DNA from: an uncultured Clostridia bacterium
GTDB lineage: Bacteria > Bacillota > Clostridia > TANB77 > CAG-508
Direction of reading: 5' to 3'
NCBI GenBank assembly: GCA_944386655.1
Contig: CALXBX010000051.1
Location: 3,106-67,105, forward strand
Length of the DNA stretch: 64,000 nt
The notes beneath the pieces are model-generated. The model worked only from the letters and a program-made list of their open reading frames with translations, was not told the DNA's origin and ran no database searches. Positions 45,589-53,978 of the stretch are shown here, in pieces. Positions within the stretch are counted from its first letter, which is position 1. Every line of letters starts with the position of its first letter. The translations under genes and the position numbers were made by a program.

Positions 45589-45598
45589 AGGAGTAATT

Positions 45599-46759
45599 GT
45601 GGGAAGCATGGTTTTGTTCAAAAGAAATAAGATTGCATTAAATAATTTTTTAATAGCGTTAATATTAGGAAGTAAAATTATATCCGATACGGTAGGTCTT
45701 GGATTAATAATTTTAATTGGAGCAATCATCTTATTAGTTATTAATAATTTTGAAAAGAAAGTTAAGACGAGATATATTTTATGTGATATATTTTTGATTT
45801 TAATAGGTTTATATTTTTTTATAGATTACCAAATATATGGGGGAAATATATATAAAAATAACTATTTAAGTACATTTATTATATATATATGCATCTCTGT
45901 GGTTTATGTTAGATCTGAAATTCAAGTAGATAAAATGGCTAATATCTTAATACTAATATATATTCTATGTTCTCCATTATTTCTAACAAAAAATTTCGAA
46001 AGAACCGATTCGGGAACCTTAATGAATTTTAGTTATGATATATTGCCACTTATTATCACTATCATTTTAAAAATTTTATTTTTAAAGGTACAGAAAAAAA
46101 AGGAATGGTTTTTAATAGTTTTAACGTTACCATACCTATATTTCATATTTACTTATTCCTCCAGAAATATATACATTGCTAGTATTTTTTGTTTAGTTAT
46201 ATGCTTAATAATGAAAAAGAAAATAATTGCAAAGATACTAATCCTATTAGTGATATCTATGGTATTAATTGTTGTATTCCAAAATGCATTAGATATATTA
46301 TATACAATACAAGGAGAATTAATGAAATATGATTTATCATTTAAAATTATAGATAAAAATATAACGTTAATAGAAGAAGATAATATTACTAACGGAAGAG
46401 ATGCAACATATAAAAAAGCAATTAATGAAATAAAAGAAGAACCAATTACTGGTAGAGGAATAGGAAGTTTTAATGAAAAATATGGAACATATCCACATAA
46501 TTTTATTTTACAAATGTTATATGAAGGTGGAATAATATTATTAATTATTTTTAGTGTACCAATATTATATGGTGGATATGCTATGATATTGAAAAAAAAT
46601 ATCTCAAAACAAGATCAATTTATGTTAGTATTTTTATTTTGCAATGCAATTATTAGATTGCTCATTTCATATGAGTATTGGAGAGAAATGTATTTTTGGA
46701 TGTATATAGCATTATCTTTATGTATATTAGCAACAAATAGAAAAAAAGAGGGAGTTTAA
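45599..46759 (+). CDS. Wzy-type polymerase / O-antigen ligase family membrane protein
   Basis: GTG 45599 lies 5 nt after AAGGAG (the ORF-track ATG at 45581 lies inside the upstream gene). About ten TM segments. The loop reads GRGIGSF..YPHNFILQMLYEGG. Confidence 0.65.
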   Translation: MGSMVLFKRNKIALNNFLIALILGSKIISDTVGLGLIILIGAIILLVINNFEKKVKTRYILCDIFLILIGLYFFIDYQIYGGNIYKNNYLSTFIIYICISVVYVRSEIQVDKMANILILIYILCSPLFLTKNFERTDSGTLMNFSYDILPLIITIILKILFLKVQKKKEWFLIVLTLPYLYFIFTYSSRNIYIASIFCLVICLIMKKKIIAKILILLVISMVLIVVFQNALDILYTIQGELMKYDLSFKIIDKNITLIEEDNITNGRDATYKKAINEIKEEPITGRGIGSFNEKYGTYPHNFILQMLYEGGIILLIIFSVPILYGGYAMILKKNISKQDQFMLVFLFCNAIIRLLISYEYWREMYFWMYIALSLCILATNRKKEGV

Positions 46760-47758
46760 ATGATAACTGTAATTATACCAACATATAATCGATGTGATTA
46801 TATAGAACGAGCTATTCAAAGTGTTTTAATACAAACATATCAGGATTTTGAATTGATTATTGTAGATGATAATAATCCTAATACACCAGCAAGGTTGGAA
46901 CTAGAAAGAAAAATGGAGAAATATGTAAAAAATCCTAAAATTCGTTACATACAACATGATAGAAATAAAAATGGAGCAGCCGCAAGAAATACGGGGATTA
47001 AATTAGCAAAAGGAGAATATATATCTTTTTTGGATGATGATGATTTTTATATTTCCACAAGATTAGAAACTCTTTATAATGCTTTGGAAAAAAATCGCGA
47101 GTATGATGCAGTCTATACGGCAAGTGCAATTATTAATGAGAAAAAAGAAATTATATCACTAATTCCGGCTATTAAGAGTGGAGATATAAGTAAAGAGATA
47201 TTATTAAAAAAAATGACTATTGGAACAGGAAGTAATTTGTTTTTTAGGGCGGAAGCTCTAAAAAGTATTGGAGGGTTTGATGAGAGTTTTCGTAGACATC
47301 AAGATATAGAGGTACTAGTAAGGTTTTGCCAAAAATATAAAATTTTAAATATAAATAAAATTTTAGTAGTAAAAGATAATGGAAATAGAATTAATAAACC
47401 TAAAAAAGTAGAAGAATTACTTAAAGTAAAAGAAAACTATATGAATTCTTTTAGAAGTTTTGTAGAAAATTTCCCAGAAAAAGAAAGAAATCAATTTTAT
47501 TTTGTCCATTTTTTAGAAATATTGTATTTAATTATGGCAAATGGGGAATTTAACAAATATAAAATGATAAAAGAAATGGTCAAAAAATATGGAAAGTTTA
47601 CTATTAAGATTAAATTAAAATTAATTAGATATGGGGTTTATAAATTTTTAAAAATCGATAGAATAAGAGAGAAGTTTGATAATAAGAAAAATAGAAAGAT
47701 GATAGATAAAACGATATTAAAAGAAATTGATGAAATAAATATCGTGAAGGAAGGTTAA
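46760..47758 (+). CDS. GT2-family glycosyltransferase
   Basis: ITVIIPTYNRCDYIERAIQSVLIQTYQDFELIIVDDN and a DDDD acceptor region. Confidence 0.85.
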   Translation: MITVIIPTYNRCDYIERAIQSVLIQTYQDFELIIVDDNNPNTPARLELERKMEKYVKNPKIRYIQHDRNKNGAAARNTGIKLAKGEYISFLDDDDFYISTRLETLYNALEKNREYDAVYTASAIINEKKEIISLIPAIKSGDISKEILLKKMTIGTGSNLFFRAEALKSIGGFDESFRRHQDIEVLVRFCQKYKILNINKILVVKDNGNRINKPKKVEELLKVKENYMNSFRSFVENFPEKERNQFYFVHFLEILYLIMANGEFNKYKMIKEMVKKYGKFTIKIKLKLIRYGVYKFLKIDRIREKFDNKKNRKMIDKTILKEIDEINIVKEG

Positions 47759-47760
47759 GT

Positions 47761-49104
47761 TTGAAAAATAGAAAAGTTATAATTTGTTTGGTATTTATAA
47801 TAAGCATTATATTGATATATGGAATTTTCATATATATACATCATATGGATGAGATAATAACAGATATTAAAATCGCTAGATATGGAGAACCAATTAATTT
47901 AGAAACGAGTACAATAAATAATGAATTTTTTGGAATATCTGATGATTTCTCAAATGCAAGAAAAACAACGGAAGGAATTAATGAAGCAATAAAGTATGCT
48001 AGTAGAAATAATATAGAGTACATAAAACTAGAAAAAGGAAATTATATGATTATGCCTAATAAAAGTGAAAATGGGAAAAAGGGAATTATATTGTATTCTA
48101 ATATAACACTAGATTTTAATGGCTCTACAATAAAGGCTGAAACCAATAATGCATCTAATTATAGCATGATAACTATTTCAGATGTGGAAAATGTAAATTT
48201 AATTAATGGTATAATGGTAGGAGATAAAAACACACATGAATATGACGAAAATTCTACACATGAATGGGGAATGGGAATTACTATAAAAAGTGCAAAAAAT
48301 ATAGTAATTAAAAATCTTCATATTAGTGATATGACGGGAGATGGAATTTATGTAAGCAAAAATACAGAAAACATAAATTCAACTAATATACAAATTTCTA
48401 ACTGTAATATATATAATTGCAGAAGACAAGGAATAACAATTATTAGTGCTGATGGAGTAATTATAAAGGAAAATGAAATTCATGATATAAATGGAACAAA
48501 TCCACAGGCTGCTATTGATTTAGAATCTAATTTAGAGGAAGAAAGAATTGAAAATATAGAAATTTGCAATAATAATATGTATAATTTTGGAAATATATAT
48601 GCGATAAAGGTGCAAAAAAATGTATATTCAACTGATATACACGATAATAAAATATATAGTTCTATTATTGTTCTTGATGCTAAAGAAAAAATTACAATAA
48701 GAAATAATGAAATATACAATGGTGATATTATATTACATAATAGTTTAGCCTATAGAAATCAAGGCAGATTTATAGAAAAAGCAATTTTAGAAAACAATAA
48801 TATATATTCTGGAAATATACAGGCGAATAGAGTGTATAATTTAAAAGTAACACAAAATCATATAACGAATGGAATGATTACTATTATTTCTACTAACACT
48901 ATTTTAGAAGATAATATGGTTGTGAACGAAAAGCAGGAGGAACAGGAGTATGCATATAAAATAGAACCATTAAACTATAAAGATGTTTTTTATGTATATA
49001 AAGACAATAATCAGTCTAGCGGAAAAATAAAACAAAATGAAATAATAGAAGAAAATGGAATTTTAATGTTGACAGATGATATTACAAAAATTCCAATAGA
49101 ATAG
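47761..49104 (+). CDS. Membrane-anchored right-handed parallel beta-helix repeat protein
   Basis: TTG start and N-terminal TM. Repeated about-22-aa turns (IVIKNLHISDMTGDGIYV, CRRQGITIISADGVIIKENEIHD, NPQAAIDLES). Confidence 0.6.
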   Translation: MKNRKVIICLVFIISIILIYGIFIYIHHMDEIITDIKIARYGEPINLETSTINNEFFGISDDFSNARKTTEGINEAIKYASRNNIEYIKLEKGNYMIMPNKSENGKKGIILYSNITLDFNGSTIKAETNNASNYSMITISDVENVNLINGIMVGDKNTHEYDENSTHEWGMGITIKSAKNIVIKNLHISDMTGDGIYVSKNTENINSTNIQISNCNIYNCRRQGITIISADGVIIKENEIHDINGTNPQAAIDLESNLEEERIENIEICNNNMYNFGNIYAIKVQKNVYSTDIHDNKIYSSIIVLDAKEKITIRNNEIYNGDIILHNSLAYRNQGRFIEKAILENNNIYSGNIQANRVYNLKVTQNHITNGMITIISTNTILEDNMVVNEKQEEQEYAYKIEPLNYKDVFYVYKDNNQSSGKIKQNEIIEENGILMLTDDITKIPIE

Positions 49105-49114
49105 GAGAAAAAAT

Positions 49115-50149
49115 ATGAAAATAGGAGTTATAACACCATATGATTCATCAAATGCAGGAGCTTTTTTACAAGCATATGCTTTGAAGACTGTTTTGGAGAA
49201 AAATGGGAATAAGGTATATTATATAAAGCTTAGAGATGAAGCACAATTAAAAAGATTTTTCTTAGGCAACAAAAAAAATATACGAAGTTTTATCAGTAGA
49301 TATTTCTTTAATAGGAAAAAATATCATATATTTCAGGAAGCAACAAGACAAGCATTTGATACAATAGAATTAAAGAATATAGATGAAGAAAATCTAGAGG
49401 CAATTATTATTGGTAGTGATGAAGTTTGGAATGTAAATAAAGAATATTATAGGCAAAAATGTTTTTATGGGATAGGTTATCAGGTACCTAAAAAGATTGC
49501 CTATGCACCTAGTTGTGGAACTGCTAAATTAGAAGATTATACCAACTATGAGTATATAAAAGAAGGAATGAAAGAATTAGATGCAATATTTCCAAGAGAT
49601 GAACAAACAAAAGGGATTACAGAAAAATTAACCAACAGGAAATGTGAAACAGTATTGGATCCTACTTTATTAGTTGATTTAAAAGGAATCAAACCTAATA
49701 TCGAAATAAAGAATAATTATCTGTTGGTGTATGGATATAGCTTTAATATAAAACAGCAAGAGTATATAAAAAAATTTGCTAAGAAGCATAATTGTATTAC
49801 CTTATCTGTTTGTATAAAACATTCTTGGTGTGATAAAAATTTAAATTGTTCACCATTAGAATTTATAGAAATGATAAAGAATGCACAGTATGTTATAACA
49901 AAAACTTTTCATGGAACGATTTTTTCTATACTAAACAAAAAGAATTTTGTTACATTTAAAGGAAGTCAAAAAATAAGTGATTTATTAGAAAAACTAATGT
50001 TGTCAGATAGATTGATAGATGAGAATAGTTGTACATATGAAAACTTTGAAAAAAAATTAGAGGAAAAAATTAATTTTAATGAAAGTCATTCTGTAATACT
50101 GAGAGAAAGAGAAAGATCATTAAAAGAATTGCAAGAGGCTTTGGAATAG
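49115..50149 (+). CDS. Polysaccharide pyruvyl transferase family protein
   Basis: The N-terminus KIGVITPYDSSNAGAFLQAYAL and overall layout fit the PS_pyruv_trans family. Confidence 0.65.
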   Translation: MKIGVITPYDSSNAGAFLQAYALKTVLEKNGNKVYYIKLRDEAQLKRFFLGNKKNIRSFISRYFFNRKKYHIFQEATRQAFDTIELKNIDEENLEAIIIGSDEVWNVNKEYYRQKCFYGIGYQVPKKIAYAPSCGTAKLEDYTNYEYIKEGMKELDAIFPRDEQTKGITEKLTNRKCETVLDPTLLVDLKGIKPNIEIKNNYLLVYGYSFNIKQQEYIKKFAKKHNCITLSVCIKHSWCDKNLNCSPLEFIEMIKNAQYVITKTFHGTIFSILNKKNFVTFKGSQKISDLLEKLMLSDRLIDENSCTYENFEKKLEEKINFNESHSVILRERERSLKELQEALE

Positions 50150-50159
50150 AGGATAGAAA

Positions 50160-51710
50160 ATGGAAAAAACAAGAACAGAAAATGCAGTATTAAATTCAGT
50201 ATTTTCAATTTTAAGTAAATTAACAACAGTTTTACTTAGTTTTGTTGTAAGAACGATTTTTGTAAGGGTATTAACTAAAGAATACTTAGGTCTTAATGGA
50301 TTGTTTTCAAACATTATAACAATGCTATCCTTAATGGATTTAGGGATAGGAATTGCAATTCCTTATAGTTTATATAAACCTTTAGCGGAAAAAAATACAG
50401 ACAAGATTAATGCATTAATGAAATTTTACAAAAAGGTTTATAATGTAATAGGAATTACAGTATTGGCTATTGGATTAAGTATTACTCCTTTTTTAAACTT
50501 ATTTATTAAAGAGATGCCAGATATTCCATACATACAAGTAATATATATGTTGTTTGTATTAAATTCAGCTATATCTTATTTGTATGTATATAAACAATCA
50601 TTAATACAGGCTGATCAAAAAAATTATGTTGTTACTAAAATTTCTATTGGAGTGGCAATTATAAAATCTATTATAGAGATAATTGTATTAGTAATATTCA
50701 AAAATTATATACTATATCTAAGTATTAGTATTATAGCTACTTTACTTCAAAACATTATCATATCCAAGAAATGTGAAAAGATGTATCCATATATAAAAGA
50801 AAAATCATCAGGGACTATTCAAAAAGAAGAAATTAAGGATATGGTAAAAAATATAAAATCTTTATTTATATACCGAATTGCAATGGTAATTGTAAATGGA
50901 ACTGATAATATGATTATTTCTAAAATGATAGGATTAGTAGAAGTTGGAATATATTCTAATTATTCAATGGTTATAAATGCTGTAAATAGTGTTATATCAC
51001 AAGCTTTTTCATCAATAACATCTAGTATAGGTAATTTTATTGTAACTAAAGATAAGGATGATGCAGAGAAGCTTTTTCACAATATAAATTTTTGTACTTT
51101 CTATATCTATGGAATATGTTCAATATGTTTAATTGCTTTATTAAATCCTTTTATACAATGGTGGTTAGGAGAAGAATATTTGTTATCGTTTGCGACTACT
51201 TTTGTACTAGGTTTAAATGTCTATGTACTAGGAATGCAAAATGTAGCTGTTAATTTTAGAAATGCATATGGATTGTTTTGGGAGGCAAGATATAGACCTA
51301 TAGCTACTGTAATAGTAAATATTATAACATCTATTATATTGGCAAAGTGGATAGGGATTACAGGAGTTTTTATAGGAACGTTTATTTGTAGAATTACAAC
51401 AACAACTATTTTTGATCCCTTAGTCCTTTATAAATATGGATTTAAAAAATCTTCAAAAGAATTCTTTAAAAAATATAGTATTTATATGTTAATATTTTTA
51501 TTAGTGGCAATTATTTGTGCAGGTGCACAGTATTTTATTAAAGGAAATACAATTTGGACATTATTAATAAAAGGAATTATGGTCTTTCTTATTTCTAATA
51601 TATTCTTTGTATTAATTTTTAGAAATAGAGATGAATTTTCTTATTTTTCTAATAAAATAAAAGAAATACGAGAAAAGATAATAAAAAAATGGAAAAGAAA
51701 AGGAACATAA
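50160..51710 (+). CDS. Wzx-type oligosaccharide flippase (MOP superfamily)
   Basis: 12-14 TM segments. The N-terminus reads NAVLNSVFSILSKLTTVLLSFVVRTIFVRVLTKEYLGLNGLF. Confidence 0.8.
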   Translation: MEKTRTENAVLNSVFSILSKLTTVLLSFVVRTIFVRVLTKEYLGLNGLFSNIITMLSLMDLGIGIAIPYSLYKPLAEKNTDKINALMKFYKKVYNVIGITVLAIGLSITPFLNLFIKEMPDIPYIQVIYMLFVLNSAISYLYVYKQSLIQADQKNYVVTKISIGVAIIKSIIEIIVLVIFKNYILYLSISIIATLLQNIIISKKCEKMYPYIKEKSSGTIQKEEIKDMVKNIKSLFIYRIAMVIVNGTDNMIISKMIGLVEVGIYSNYSMVINAVNSVISQAFSSITSSIGNFIVTKDKDDAEKLFHNINFCTFYIYGICSICLIALLNPFIQWWLGEEYLLSFATTFVLGLNVYVLGMQNVAVNFRNAYGLFWEARYRPIATVIVNIITSIILAKWIGITGVFIGTFICRITTTTIFDPLVLYKYGFKKSSKEFFKKYSIYMLIFLLVAIICAGAQYFIKGNTIWTLLIKGIMVFLISNIFFVLIFRNRDEFSYFSNKIKEIREKIIKKWKRKGT

Positions 51711-51714
51711 TTAT

Positions 51715-52851
51715 ATGGAAAATTTATATTTAAAAGAAAAAAATAAAAAAGATTGCAATGGATGTGGAGCATGTATATATGTGTGCCCAAAACATTGTAT
51801 CCACATGGAAGAAGATGAAGAAGGGTTTCTTTATCCAGTTATCCATGAAGAAGAGTGCATTCATTGCAATAAATGTAAAAATATTTGTAGTAATTATAGT
51901 AAGAAACAAAAAGAAATCAATAAAGCATATATTGCTATCAATACATGCGAAGAAGAAAGAAAAAATAGTGCATCGGGTGGCATGTTTTATATTTTGGCAA
52001 AATATGTGATAGAAAAGAATGGAGTTGTATTTGGAGTAAAGTATAACGAAGATTTAACAGCAGTACATGATTATGCAACTACGTTGGAAGAATGCAAGTC
52101 TTTTATGGGCTCTAAATACGTAAGAAGTAAAACAGAAGGAATCTATGAAAAAGTAAAAGAATTTTTGATGCAAGAAAAGTATGTTTTATTTACAGGTACT
52201 CCTTGCCAGATAGCTGGTTTAAAAACATTTTTAAGTAAAGAATATGAAAAATTATTAACTTGTGAAATTATCTGTCATGCAAATCCATCTCCTAAAATTT
52301 TTGGAAAATATGTAGAAGAATTAGAACAGAAAAAGGCTTTAAAAGTAAAAGATATTAAGTTTAGGAGTAAAGAAAATGGGTGGGATAATTCTACGCCAAT
52401 TATAGAATATGAAAATGGAGAAAAAGAAGAAGATATTACTTTTTATAAAGGTTTTATAGCAGAGTTATTTAACAGACCTTCTTGCCATTCTTGTGCATTT
52501 GTAGGAAATAAAGGGTATGCTGATTTTACCATAGGAGATTTATGGGGAATACAAAAAGTTGCACCAGAGATGAACGATAATAAGGGAGTATCTTTACTAA
52601 TTGTTAATTCTAATAAAGCAGAAAAGATTTTTTCAGAAATAAAAGAAAATTTATCTTTCAAATCTATAGATGTAGATTTGGCACTTTCATATAATCATGC
52701 AACCAATAGTCCTATGCATCCAAAAAGGGAAAAGTTCTTTAAAGTGGTAAATCAAGAAGGGAATGTAATAAAATACATAAAAAAATATACAAAGCCATCA
52801 CTTTGGAGACGTATAAAGAGAAAATTAAAACGAATTCTAGTAAATAATTAA
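51715..52851 (+). CDS. FrhB/FdhB-like (coenzyme F420 hydrogenase beta-type) protein with two 4Fe-4S motifs
   Basis: CNGCGACIYVCP and CIHCNKCKNIC ferredoxin motifs followed by an FrhB_FdhB-type C-terminal domain. Confidence 0.7.
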   Translation: MENLYLKEKNKKDCNGCGACIYVCPKHCIHMEEDEEGFLYPVIHEEECIHCNKCKNICSNYSKKQKEINKAYIAINTCEEERKNSASGGMFYILAKYVIEKNGVVFGVKYNEDLTAVHDYATTLEECKSFMGSKYVRSKTEGIYEKVKEFLMQEKYVLFTGTPCQIAGLKTFLSKEYEKLLTCEIICHANPSPKIFGKYVEELEQKKALKVKDIKFRSKENGWDNSTPIIEYENGEKEEDITFYKGFIAELFNRPSCHSCAFVGNKGYADFTIGDLWGIQKVAPEMNDNKGVSLLIVNSNKAEKIFSEIKENLSFKSIDVDLALSYNHATNSPMHPKREKFFKVVNQEGNVIKYIKKYTKPSLWRRIKRKLKRILVNN

Positions 52852-52990
52852 TGAGAGAGGCCATCCCTTTTAATGTTGAAGATGCAGATTTATATGAGTA
52901 TTGTTTACAATTTTTTAAAAAATTTAATATAATAAAAGAAAATTGGGAGATAGAATACCAAACAGAATTATAGTAAGTGGAGGAATAAGT

Positions 52991-53755
52991 ATGAGTATTA
53001 GTCCAATACAATTAAAAGAAAAATACATAAACTGGCTAGAAAATGAAATATCTGTAAAAAACATTGGTGAATATTTTGAAATTACAAGTCCTTTTCTAGA
53101 TAGATATAATGACTATTTACAAATATATGCTAAATTGGAAAATGACAACGAAATTTTTTTAACAGATGATGCTTACACAATAAATAATTTGAAGATGTCT
53201 GGAATTGATATAAATAGTCTAAAGAGAAAACAAATATTAGAAAATTTTTTGAAGAAATATAGAGTACAATTAAATGGTGATGCATTAGAAATAAGAGCAG
53301 GAATGGAAGATTTCCCTCAAAAGATATTATTTCTATTACAAGCCATGCTCAATGTGGATGATATGTTTATGCTTTCACAAAATAAAGTATCTTCTATATT
53401 TTTAGATGATATAAAAGAATTTTTCGATAATAATGAAATTTTTTATAGTGAGAATGTTAGTTTTATAGGAAAATCAGGTTTCTTTTACTCTTATGATTAT
53501 TTGATACAAAGAACAAAAAATAAGCCAGAAAGATTATGTAAGGCTATAAACAACCCTAATAGGCAGAATTTTCAATCAACTATGTTTATGTGGAATGATA
53601 CAAAAGAAACAAGAAATACGGATAGTAATTTAATTGTTTTTTTAAATGATGCAGAAAGAATAGAACCCAGTGTAATAGAAGGATTTAAAAATTACAATGT
53701 AACAACAATACCATGGAGCAATAGAAAAGACTATTTATACATGTTAACAGCTTAA
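52991..53755 (+). CDS. DUF1828 + DUF1829 two-domain protein
   Basis: ATG 52991 follows GGAGG. YINWLENEISVKNIGEYFEITSPFLDRYNDYLQIYAKL matches my recollection of DUF1828. Confidence 0.55.
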   Translation: MSISPIQLKEKYINWLENEISVKNIGEYFEITSPFLDRYNDYLQIYAKLENDNEIFLTDDAYTINNLKMSGIDINSLKRKQILENFLKKYRVQLNGDALEIRAGMEDFPQKILFLLQAMLNVDDMFMLSQNKVSSIFLDDIKEFFDNNEIFYSENVSFIGKSGFFYSYDYLIQRTKNKPERLCKAINNPNRQNFQSTMFMWNDTKETRNTDSNLIVFLNDAERIEPSVIEGFKNYNVTTIPWSNRKDYLYMLTA

Positions 53756-53758
53756 CAC

Positions 53759-53801
53759 AAAAAGCAGAAGAGTAATTTAAAAAATTATCCTTCTGCTTTT
53801 C
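53759..53801 (+). terminator. Rho-independent terminator
   Basis: AAAGCAGAAG...CTTCTGCTTT stem followed by a T run. Confidence 0.7.
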
Positions 53802-53822
53802 TAACATTTAAGAATTGATATT

Positions 53823-53859
53823 TTAAAAAGTGTCGATTAAAATCCTTAAAAAGTGTCGA
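53823..53859 (+). promoter_or_regulatory. Tandem direct repeat TTAAAAAGTGTCGA x2 (23-nt period), a candidate regulator binding site
   Basis: Identical 14-mers at 53823-53836 and 53846-53859, about 60-95 nt upstream of the -35 of the LRR-dockerin gene. Confidence 0.45.
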
Positions 53860-53917
53860 CTGAAAGTCTAATATATTACAACAATATAATTTATAGATTA
53901 CATTTTTGTAACAAATC

Positions 53918-53946
53918 TTGACAAAAGAAAACAATATCGATATGAT
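53918..53946 (+). promoter_or_regulatory. SigA-type promoter of the LRR-dockerin/cohesin pair
   Basis: TTGACA, 17-nt spacer, TATGAT. Confidence 0.65.
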
Positions 53947-53978
53947 TTTTGTAGAAAAATTGCGTAGAAGGAGAAAAA

